A DNA stretch of 62,983 nucleotides from Candidatus Zambryskibacteria bacterium RIFOXYC1_FULL_39_10. GTDB taxonomy: Bacteria; Patescibacteriota; Minisyncoccia; Phycocordibacterales; WO2-35-19. Position 1 is the first letter of the stretch; each line of letters starts with the position of its first letter. Shown piece after piece: positions 37,884-46,532 of the stretch. Location of the stretch: NCBI GenBank assembly GCA_001824275.1, contig MHWW01000009.1, positions 1 to 62,983 on the forward strand, read 5' to 3'. The translations under genes were made by a program, and so were the position numbers. The notes under the pieces are model-generated. The model was not told where the DNA came from, ran no database searches, and saw only the letters and a list, made by a program, of their open reading frames with translations.

Positions 37884-39047
37884 ATGATTATTTTAGGCAT
37901 AGAGACAAGTTGTGATGAAACGGCGGTGAGTGTAGTAGAAGCGGAAGGAGGCTTAGAAGACCTTCGCTTTAAGGTACTTGGAAGCGCTGTAAACAGCCAG
38001 ATAGAGATGCATAGGGAATTTGGTGGCGTAGTGCCAAACATAGCCAAGAGAGAGCATTTGAAAAACCTGCCCCTTGTACTCACGGAAGCACTTAAGGAAG
38101 CAGGTTTAATTTTCAATTTTCAATTTTCAATTTTCAATTCCGAAAATCCTAGGATTGATTTGATAGCTGTGACGGTGGGGCCTGGACTGGAACCAGCACT
38201 TTGGGCAGGTATAAAATTTGCAGAAGAACTTGGCCATAAATGGAATATTCCAGTTATTGGAACTAACCACATGGAAGGACATATAGCTTCGGTTTTGTTT
38301 AGCAAAACCGAAGCAAGTTTCGGATTTCCAGCAGTAGCACTGCTGGTCAGCGGGGGGCATACCGAACTTATATATTTAAATAATTGGTTAGAAAAAGAAA
38401 AAATTGGGCACACCCTAGATGATGCTGTCGGCGAGGCTTTTGATAAAGTCGCGAGGATGCTTGGACTCCCCTACCCAGGTGGACCAGAGATCTCTGCATT
38501 AGCAGAGAAAGCACGAAATTCGAATATCGAAATCCGAGACATAAAGTTTCCAAGGCCCATGCTTCATTCAGGGAATTTGAATTTTTCCTTTTCAGGTTTA
38601 AAGACCGCAGTGCTTTATTACATAAGAGGAATAACTCACCCTAAATCCCTCTCTTACCACAAGAGAGGGACTTTCGGAGAGCCCCCTTCTCTTGTTGTAG
38701 GAGAAGGGGGTCTGGGGGATGAGTTATCTGATTTACAAAAAATGGAGATCGCTCGTGAGTTTGAAGATGCAGTTATCGAAACACTTCTGACTAAAACTAA
38801 AAAAGCTATAGATCAATATAACCCCAAAACTTTAATAATTGGTGGTGGAGTGATTGCCAACAAGGCACTCAGAGAAAATTTATTGAATTTAGAAAAAGAT
38901 TATCCGGAATTAAAAATATTAATTCCGGAAAAATCTTTGACTACCGACAATGCAACTATGATAGCCGCCGCCGGATATATTGAATATTTGAGAGAGGGGG
39001 GAAATAAGGAGTTGAAAGCTCAGGGTAATTTGGATATTTCTTCTTAA
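37884..39047 (+). CDS. tsaD: tRNA N6-adenosine threonylcarbamoyltransferase
   Basis: LGIETSCDET, AVTVGPGL, NHMEGH, VSGGHT, DAVGEAFDK, FSFSGLKT, TDNATMIA. Confidence 0.95.
   Translation: MIILGIETSCDETAVSVVEAEGGLEDLRFKVLGSAVNSQIEMHREFGGVVPNIAKREHLKNLPLVLTEALKEAGLIFNFQFSIFNSENPRIDLIAVTVGPGLEPALWAGIKFAEELGHKWNIPVIGTNHMEGHIASVLFSKTEASFGFPAVALLVSGGHTELIYLNNWLEKEKIGHTLDDAVGEAFDKVARMLGLPYPGGPEISALAEKARNSNIEIRDIKFPRPMLHSGNLNFSFSGLKTAVLYYIRGITHPKSLSYHKRGTFGEPPSLVVGEGGLGDELSDLQKMEIAREFEDAVIETLLTKTKKAIDQYNPKTLIIGGGVIANKALRENLLNLEKDYPELKILIPEKSLTTDNATMIAAAGYIEYLREGGNKELKAQGNLDISS
38631..38727. mobile_element. MITE-like element inserted in frame in tsaD
   Basis: Near-copy of 31020-31113; encodes ITHPKSLSYHKRGTFGEPPSLVVGEGGLGDEL (32 codons) without a stop. 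Confidence 0.85.
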
Positions 39048-42000
39048 GACTTTTTGTTTTGATCAGGACGCAAATCTGGAGTATTTACCAACACATCATC
39101 GGGACCTTCTTCAGGATTTTCAATTATTATTTCTTCATCTGGCATTACGCCGGGTAAAATTATAACTGGAGAATCTTTAACAACATTTGCGGTAGTGCTT
39201 GTATTTGGAGTTCCCACCATTGGACTCTTTGGTTCATTACCTCTAACAGAATTTGCAAATAATTTAATTATGATAATTACAAGGGCAATCAGGATTAGAA
39301 ACAAAAGAGTTGGAGTATAACCACAACCATCAAATAGTCGATCAAACATTCTTTGGGGTAATGAGAATAGTGATATGGCGGCGTTTCTTAATGCAGATTT
39401 ACCTGAATCTTTAAGTTCTACTACTGCAGAACCATTAAGGACATTTGATATATTATCAGCTATTGAATCGACGCTATCGCCAAGCAAGGTGCCGAGATTG
39501 CGCCCATTTGTGCCTACATCCACACCCGAGTTAATACCGGTATTACCATTTACACTTGAGACCCCGTCGGAATTTCTGAATATGTCTATTTCATTTTGAT
39601 CACCCTGAGATAATGGATAGATAGTATTACAGTAAATTTCGTTAATTTTCTTTTTAGTTAAGATATAAACAAAGCCCGTAGTAACCTTATCTCCCCAAGG
39701 AGTTAAGATATCGCTAGCATATTTATTCTGGAATCTCACAACTGCGTCAAAGGTAGCTTGATTGTATACTCCCGTCAAGGACAAACTTTCTTTCTCAAAG
39801 ACATTTAGGAAGGACTGTACTTTTAATACCTCAATTGGATCATTGACCCAATCAATTTTTATATAATCTATAAGATATAGACAGCTAGTAGCGCCAAGTA
39901 TTTCACCGACAACCACTGGGTGTCTGCGGCCACCACTAAGGCTACCGCCTCCACCTCCACCGCCTCCACCTGGAGGATTTACTGGAGGTACAGAGGTCAC
40001 AGTAACAGTTGTTGTAGCTGAAACCGTCCCATTAGTACCGGTGCATGATATTGAATATTCTGTAGTTACGCCTGGAGCAACATCTTTTGAACCAGAAGTT
40101 GAGGTAGCCGTCGTCCAAACTGCTGAACATGAATTTGTATTTGTTGATGTCCATGTGAGTGTTGAAGTAGCGCCAACAGTAATACTGCTAGGATTTGCCG
40201 TGAGTGTTACTGCGGGAGAATTTGAATCTCCTACTGGATTTACATTTACCGTTCTGGTTGTTGTTGCATATAGATTACCTGAATCCTTAACAACATAAGT
40301 AAGAACATAAGTGCCAGTAGTAGAAGCGTTAATGCTACCCGTTCTGACAATTTGCGATGTTAAGTTGCCATCTTCAAGATCGTCTGCGGTTGCACCTGGA
40401 TCAGTGAACACAGTACCCACAGTCATATTAAATGGATTGGCTCCGACTAATGTAATGGTTGGGGGAGTATTTACAGGTTTTGGACCAACACATCTCAATA
40501 CAACATTGTCTAACATTGTGCCGAGAGCATTTGGCGTACCAAGGTCTCTAAATTCTACACGAGTAGCAGAATCGTTGGCTACAAAAGAATTAACATATTT
40601 TGTCCACAATACACTTGAAGTTGCATGAGTGTCTATTTGTGAATTATCTACATACACACCAAGAAAATTTTCTGATGCATCATATCCCGGTCTAGCAGTA
40701 AAATAATAACTTAACTCATAAACATAATTTGAATTAGTTTGAACATCTTGGAATATTGCAATTGAAGAAGGTGTACCAGCTGGATCATGCGCGTCAATAT
40801 TACCTTCCCAATCAGCATCTAATTCTGCAGATTGATTGCCTTCAACTGGAGTAACTCCAGCCGCACCAACTTTTTGAAATTCTAGAGTTGTTACAGTTGG
40901 ACGATCGTGCCCATTAAAGGTTGTAAGTGAAGAAACCCATGATGCTTGCCAACCAATATCAGGATTTGTCATCGGGAAGGTTTCCCACTCTTTATCAGAT
41001 GAAATGACTGGTGATTCAAAACTTCCATTTTTAATCAAATTAATATTTGGATCACAAGTTGTTGGTACAACATCTTTTGAACCACAAGCTACAACTTTAA
41101 CTTGCACGACTACATCGTCATAATCACTGTCTCCGCCACCAACCAAATCCTCAAAAGCTAAAATATAAGTGTTAGCAATAAGACCGCTGGAATTTTTGGC
41201 ATCAAAAGCAATTACATGGTCTTTACTATCATTATTTTTGCTTATTTCAGTAGAAAACATTTCTAAACTGTTTGGAGCCTGCGACACTATCGCAAACGAC
41301 AAGTTTGAAGCGTCCAAAACATTTACAGAAATTTTTTGCCCTTTTGAAAATACAGGCAAACCAGCATATGACGGATGTGAATTATTGTTTGTTCTAAACA
41401 AAGGCACGAAGGTTGCCTTATCACCATTTGTATAATATCCAACAAGATTTCCATTAGCAGTATGAGCTCCCTGATCTATAAACTGAATCTCAATGGTAGT
41501 AGAACTATTTGATGTATTCCAAATTTGATATCCGTTTTGATCTGAACCCACAGTATTGGTAAATCCCTCGTCATTCAAAAGTTGCTGTAGTGGTTTTTCA
41601 CCAGATGAAGACGCACCGGGAGTAATGACAACTGAATCACCAAGTGAATCTGGAAGCATGCATGAATAGCTAATGATTTCAGAGTCCACAACAACAACTC
41701 TGTTTACAGAAATAGATGCACCCTGAGAATCAGACACGGAATAAGTAATTGTGTAGCTACCCTCCACAGAAGTATTTACAGATCCGTTTGTTATTATTTG
41801 ACTAGTCAAATCACCATCTTCAGTATCGGCCGCGGTTGCGCCTGGATCAACAAATAGAGTATCAACAGCGATTTCAAGAGGGTTGGCACCGACTAAAGTA
41901 ATAGTTGGTGGTATATTAGGTATATTATTAGATGGATTTTCAGTAGGAACAACAACTTGAATATTGATCTTTAAGGTTCCATCGCGATCAGTATTGTCTG

Positions 42001-42625
42001 CATAATAAGAATCATTTACAGCTACTGCCAAATAATGGGCACCAGTAGGTACTACCACTGTTAGTGGTGATGATTTTAAAATCGAGAAATCTGGTGGTCC
42101 ACCAGCTGTTGATTGATCATCCTGCCAAGTGTTTGGGTAATTATAAGCGGCATTGCTTGCCGGACTTAGTTCGGTTGCAGCAATTGCTCCTGGTAAAGGA
42201 TTGACTGCTCCAACATCTTCAGTGGTATCAACAGTGAAACTACCAAGTATAGCCTCTACTGGTATAAGTTCACACTCTTCAGGTCCACCTTCAGCAAAAT
42301 AACACATGTTACCTTCCACACTCATAATCAAGGTTCGCCCAACAAGAGTATCAAAACCATTTTGGGTAGCTAACTGATCAAGATTTATGAAAGTAGCCGC
42401 ATTCGGATTATCTGGCAAAGGAGGAGCAACATTCGCATATAATATGCTTCCTTTTGGATCAATAGGGAATGAACCTAAATTTAGATTAGTATTAGTGGCA
42501 GTTTCCGAGGATGAGCCATTTTCATCTGCAAAAATAATACCTGCCGGAACAGCCAATGAAAAAATCATGGGTAGAATAACCACGGTAGATACTAACATTC
42601 TGAATTTGCGATTTATTTGAAACAT
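39044..42625 (-). CDS. Large multidomain surface protein (Ig-like DUF5011-type repeats, DUF4114-like, C-terminal peptidoglycan-binding-like region and TM)
   Basis: Two PTITLVGANP..DPGATA.D.EDG.LTSQI repeats, LAFEDLVGGGDSDYDDVVV, VRFQNKYASDILTPW. Confidence 0.75.
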   Translation of the reverse strand: MFQINRKFRMLVSTVVILPMIFSLAVPAGIIFADENGSSSETATNTNLNLGSFPIDPKGSILYANVAPPLPDNPNAATFINLDQLATQNGFDTLVGRTLIMSVEGNMCYFAEGGPEECELIPVEAILGSFTVDTTEDVGAVNPLPGAIAATELSPASNAAYNYPNTWQDDQSTAGGPPDFSILKSSPLTVVVPTGAHYLAVAVNDSYYADNTDRDGTLKINIQVVVPTENPSNNIPNIPPTITLVGANPLEIAVDTLFVDPGATAADTEDGDLTSQIITNGSVNTSVEGSYTITYSVSDSQGASISVNRVVVVDSEIISYSCMLPDSLGDSVVITPGASSSGEKPLQQLLNDEGFTNTVGSDQNGYQIWNTSNSSTTIEIQFIDQGAHTANGNLVGYYTNGDKATFVPLFRTNNNSHPSYAGLPVFSKGQKISVNVLDASNLSFAIVSQAPNSLEMFSTEISKNNDSKDHVIAFDAKNSSGLIANTYILAFEDLVGGGDSDYDDVVVQVKVVACGSKDVVPTTCDPNINLIKNGSFESPVISSDKEWETFPMTNPDIGWQASWVSSLTTFNGHDRPTVTTLEFQKVGAAGVTPVEGNQSAELDADWEGNIDAHDPAGTPSSIAIFQDVQTNSNYVYELSYYFTARPGYDASENFLGVYVDNSQIDTHATSSVLWTKYVNSFVANDSATRVEFRDLGTPNALGTMLDNVVLRCVGPKPVNTPPTITLVGANPFNMTVGTVFTDPGATADDLEDGNLTSQIVRTGSINASTTGTYVLTYVVKDSGNLYATTTRTVNVNPVGDSNSPAVTLTANPSSITVGATSTLTWTSTNTNSCSAVWTTATSTSGSKDVAPGVTTEYSISCTGTNGTVSATTTVTVTSVPPVNPPGGGGGGGGGSLSGGRRHPVVVGEILGATSCLYLIDYIKIDWVNDPIEVLKVQSFLNVFEKESLSLTGVYNQATFDAVVRFQNKYASDILTPWGDKVTTGFVYILTKKKINEIYCNTIYPLSQGDQNEIDIFRNSDGVSSVNGNTGINSGVDVGTNGRNLGTLLGDSVDSIADNISNVLNGSAVVELKDSGKSALRNAAISLFSLPQRMFDRLFDGCGYTPTLLFLILIALVIIIIKLFANSVRGNEPKSPMVGTPNTSTTANVVKDSPVIILPGVMPDEEIIIENPEEGPDDVLVNTPDLRPDQNKKS

Positions 42626-42944
42626 ATGATTAGTTTATTATTAAATACTATAAATTATGATTTTTTAATATTATGCATATCTTTACATAATTGAAGAAAA
42701 ATCTCAATAGAAGTATTTCTTTCTTCATTCAAAATAATCTATATTTTAAGCCATATACTAATTTTTGTCTTTTATATTTCAAACATGTCCTTTAAAAGAC
42801 ATTTTAAATCAACAAAGACAAGGAATATACTAAAGGACAACTTTGTTATCTACTAAATTGTCTTTTTAATCTTCACTATATATGCCGATAGAGCACCCTA
42901 TTTATGACAAACGAACTTTTTGATGTATTATTATAAAAAAGAAT

Positions 42945-45137
42945 ATGCAAGAAAATGAAGAACTAAAAAAACCTTACAATCCAAACGAACACGAGGATTT
43001 AATATATAAAAAATGGGAAGATTCTGGATTTTTCAATCCGGATGTTTGTATTGAAAAAGGAATAGCAGATAAAGATGCAGATTATTTTTCTATCGTCCTA
43101 CCACCACCCAATGTTACCGGTACCTTGCACATGGGAAGCGCTTTTATGTTGGCGATTGAGGACACCATGGTCCGCTACAATCGAATGCTTGGTAAAAAAA
43201 CTTTGTGGGTTCCGGGGACTGATCATGCTGCCATCGCTACTCAATCAAAAGTGGAAAAATTAATACAAAAAGAAGAGGGTAAAAACAGGCACGACTTAGG
43301 TAGAATTGAGTTTTTAAAAATAGTAGAAAAATTTGCCCAAGAAAATCATGACACCATCGTGACTCAAATGAAAAAAATGGGTTGCTCTCTTGATTGGTCT
43401 CGCGAAGCATTTACATTGGACGAAAAAAGGAATTTGGCTGTCAAAACCGTTTTCAAAAAAATGTTTGATGATGAGCTTATATACAAAGGACATAGAGTAG
43501 TGAATTGGGATCCAAAAGGTCAAACTACAATCTCAGATGATGAAATTGTTTATGAGGAAAGAAAAGCTACAATGTACACTTTTAAATATTCTCCTGACTT
43601 CCCTATCGCCATATCCACTACTCGCCCAGAGACCAAAGTCGGTGACACTGCTGTAGCGGTAAACCCAGACGATACACGCTACCAAAAATATATCGGTCAA
43701 ACTTTTGAGATAAAAGATTTTGCAGGAGAGAGACTTTCAATAAAAATTATTGCTGATAAAGAAGTAGATCCTGAATTTGGTACAGGAGCTTTGGGTGTTA
43801 CCCCGGCCCACAGTCAAATAGACGAAGGAATCGCCCAAAGACATGACCTACCACTTAAACCGGTTATAAACGAGTACGCCAGGATGTCAGTTGAATCCTC
43901 CCTGCTCAAAGATAAGAAAGTGACTGAAGCCAGAGAAATTGTAGTTGGCTGGCTGAAAGATAAAAATTTAATGATAAAAGGAGAAGAAGTTTCTCAAAAT
44001 GTTTCTACTGCTGAGCGAACAGGAGGCATCATTGAACCATTACCAAAACTGCAGTGGTTTATAAATGTAAACAAAGAATTTGAAAGAGATGGTAAAAAGT
44101 TAACACTTAAAAAACTAATGCTTGGAGTTATAGAAAAAGAGGAAATCAATATAATACCCGAAAGATTTGAAAAGGAATACACTCATTGGATAGAAAATTT
44201 ACGAGATTGGTGCATCAGTCGACAAATCTGGTACGGTCACCAAATTCCGGTTTATTACAAAGGTGATGAAATATATTGTGGTTTAGAAAAACCAGAAGGA
44301 AATGACTGGATTCAAGACGAAGATACATTAGATACTTGGTTTTCTTCAGGCCTTTGGACATTTTCAACCCTTGGCTGGCCCCACTTCGCAGAAGCTTCGC
44401 GGGGCAAGCCAGGACCAGAGAATGATTTTGTAAATTATCATCCAACTACAGTACTAGAAACTGGTTATGATATCTTGTTTTTTTGGGTAGCTCGAATGAT
44501 TTTGATGTCTACTTACGCCACTGGCCAGATTCCTTTTGAAAATGTTTATCTTCATGGATTGGTTAGGGACAATCAAGGTAAGAAAATAAGCAAGTCCCTT
44601 GGTAATAATATTGACCCATTGGATATGATTTTAAAATACAGCGCTGATAGTGTCAGAATGGCATTAATGGTTGGCACCGGACCAGGCAATGACACCAAAA
44701 TTTCAGAAGAGAAATTGAAGGCCTACAAACATTTTGCCAATAAAATTTGGAACGCATCACGGTTTGTTTTGGAGAACACGGGAAGTTTGCAAACGTCGGA
44801 CGTTGGGAGTTTGACCGAAAAGGATCAGGGAACAATAAAAGAATACAAAGAGATAGTGAAAGATATAACTTCAGATATGGAAAGTTATAGATTTTATTTG
44901 GCGGCAGATAAAATTTATCATTACTTCTGGCACACTTTTGCTGATATAATAATTGAGGACTGCAAAAAGAGAATTAAAGAAAATGACGAAGCAGATTCGG
45001 TTAAAGCCCTACTTTATTACTTACTGCGAGAACAACTTAAACTTTTGCACCCATTTATGCCTTTCATTACTGAGAAAATTTGGTCTCTACTTCCCGATTC
45101 TAAAAATTTACTTATGGTTGAAAAATGGCCCAATTAG
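42945..45137 (+). CDS. valS: Valine--tRNA ligase (short, no C-terminal coiled-coil arm)
   Basis: PPPNVTGTLHMGS, GTDHAAIATQ, WCISRQIWYGH, DTWFSS, KISKS, HPFMPFITE. Confidence 0.94.
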   Translation: MQENEELKKPYNPNEHEDLIYKKWEDSGFFNPDVCIEKGIADKDADYFSIVLPPPNVTGTLHMGSAFMLAIEDTMVRYNRMLGKKTLWVPGTDHAAIATQSKVEKLIQKEEGKNRHDLGRIEFLKIVEKFAQENHDTIVTQMKKMGCSLDWSREAFTLDEKRNLAVKTVFKKMFDDELIYKGHRVVNWDPKGQTTISDDEIVYEERKATMYTFKYSPDFPIAISTTRPETKVGDTAVAVNPDDTRYQKYIGQTFEIKDFAGERLSIKIIADKEVDPEFGTGALGVTPAHSQIDEGIAQRHDLPLKPVINEYARMSVESSLLKDKKVTEAREIVVGWLKDKNLMIKGEEVSQNVSTAERTGGIIEPLPKLQWFINVNKEFERDGKKLTLKKLMLGVIEKEEINIIPERFEKEYTHWIENLRDWCISRQIWYGHQIPVYYKGDEIYCGLEKPEGNDWIQDEDTLDTWFSSGLWTFSTLGWPHFAEASRGKPGPENDFVNYHPTTVLETGYDILFFWVARMILMSTYATGQIPFENVYLHGLVRDNQGKKISKSLGNNIDPLDMILKYSADSVRMALMVGTGPGNDTKISEEKLKAYKHFANKIWNASRFVLENTGSLQTSDVGSLTEKDQGTIKEYKEIVKDITSDMESYRFYLAADKIYHYFWHTFADIIIEDCKKRIKENDEADSVKALLYYLLREQLKLLHPFMPFITEKIWSLLPDSKNLLMVEKWPN

Positions 45138-45167
45138 GTCAATTAGAATAATTAGAATAATTTAATC

Positions 45168-45857
45168 GTGAATTTATCTTTTAACACCATAATTTTCTCA
45201 TTACTCGGAGGCATTCTCCCAGCTTTACTCTGGCTCTGGTTTTGGCTCAAAGAAGACCGTCTACACCCCGAACCCAAATCCCGAATTTTAATTGTATTTT
45301 TAGTTGGTATGGCCTCGGTGTTTTTGGTGCTACCGCTTGAAAAATTTGTATTCCTGGCGACATCTTCAAGCATTTCACTTTTCACCATCATAATGTGGGC
45401 CGGGATTGAGGAGGTCACCAAATATATCGTTGCCTATTTCTCTGTGTTAAGAAAAAAAGTAGTAGACGAACCAATAGATACCATCATCTACATGATCACG
45501 GTAGCTTTGGGATTTTCAGCTTTGGAAAATGCCCTGTTCCTTTTTAACATCATTGATAACGGGCTATTTGTGCAAAGCATAATTACCGGTAATTCCAGAT
45601 TTCTCGGCGCTACCCTGCTCCATGTCGCCTCTTCAGCCTCAATCGGTGTGATGATGGGTCTTTCATACTACAAAAAACCTATTGCGAGGAAAGTGTATAT
45701 ATTTGTGGGCATAGTCATATCAATACTATTGCATACAACCTTCAATTTACTTATAATTGAACTTGAGAATAATCTATTTTTCATTTTTGCAGGAATATGG
45801 GTTTTGATTGTTCTGCTCATAGTTTTGATTGAAAAAGTTAAAAAAATTAATTCTTAA
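45168..45857 (+). CDS. PrsW-family intramembrane metalloprotease
   Basis: EPK, IEEVTKY, GFSALEN, LLH, LLHTTFN. Confidence 0.85.
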   Translation: MNLSFNTIIFSLLGGILPALLWLWFWLKEDRLHPEPKSRILIVFLVGMASVFLVLPLEKFVFLATSSSISLFTIIMWAGIEEVTKYIVAYFSVLRKKVVDEPIDTIIYMITVALGFSALENALFLFNIIDNGLFVQSIITGNSRFLGATLLHVASSASIGVMMGLSYYKKPIARKVYIFVGIVISILLHTTFNLLIIELENNLFFIFAGIWVLIVLLIVLIEKVKKINS

Positions 45858-45862
45858 ATCAC

Positions 45863-46312
45863 ATGACAAAAGATAGAAGATCATTTTTTGAGAGACTCAC
45901 TGGTTCCGTCTCAATATCTGACGAGATGGAAAACAGTCTCCCAGAAGTTAGAGAGGAAAATTGGATAAACAGCACTCCTGAGGAGGGTGAGCTCAATGTT
46001 GATGTCTACCAAAACCAAAATGAAATTGTTATAAAAACGATGGTAGCTGGCGTTAAGCCTGAAGACCTCGATGTCTCCATCTCACGCGATATGGTTACCT
46101 TAAAAGGCAAGAGAGAGAGTGAGAGAACTATCGCTGATGATGATTATTTCCATAAAGAATTATATTGGGGCTCATTTTCTCGTACAATCGTCTTACCCCA
46201 AGAAATTGATGTTGACGCGGCTGAAGCCATCGAAAAGCACGGGCTCCTCATCATCCGCCTCCCCAAACTCGACAAAAACCGTTCCACCAGACTCAAAGTC
46301 AGAGGAAATTAA
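45863..46312 (+). CDS. Hsp20/alpha-crystallin small heat shock protein
   Basis: LNVDVY, AGVKPEDLDV, ELYWGSFSRTIVLP, GLLIIRLPK. Confidence 0.9.
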   Translation: MTKDRRSFFERLTGSVSISDEMENSLPEVREENWINSTPEEGELNVDVYQNQNEIVIKTMVAGVKPEDLDVSISRDMVTLKGKRESERTIADDDYFHKELYWGSFSRTIVLPQEIDVDAAEAIEKHGLLIIRLPKLDKNRSTRLKVRGN

Positions 46313-46532
46313 TTTGTTTCTGTTTGGATTATTTTCCTTTGCAACTTTTGTAAGCAAACTACTTATTGTTGGGATAAATAAAATAACAAAAATAGTCTGT
46401 AATACAATGTTATAAATAACAGCGTTGCAATTTATTTTCCATAAAAAATCAAAATAAACCATGGCTGTTGCACAATCAGAAAAAAATATGGTAATGTTTA
46501 AAAATAATTTAGAAGAGAAATATTTTACAAAT

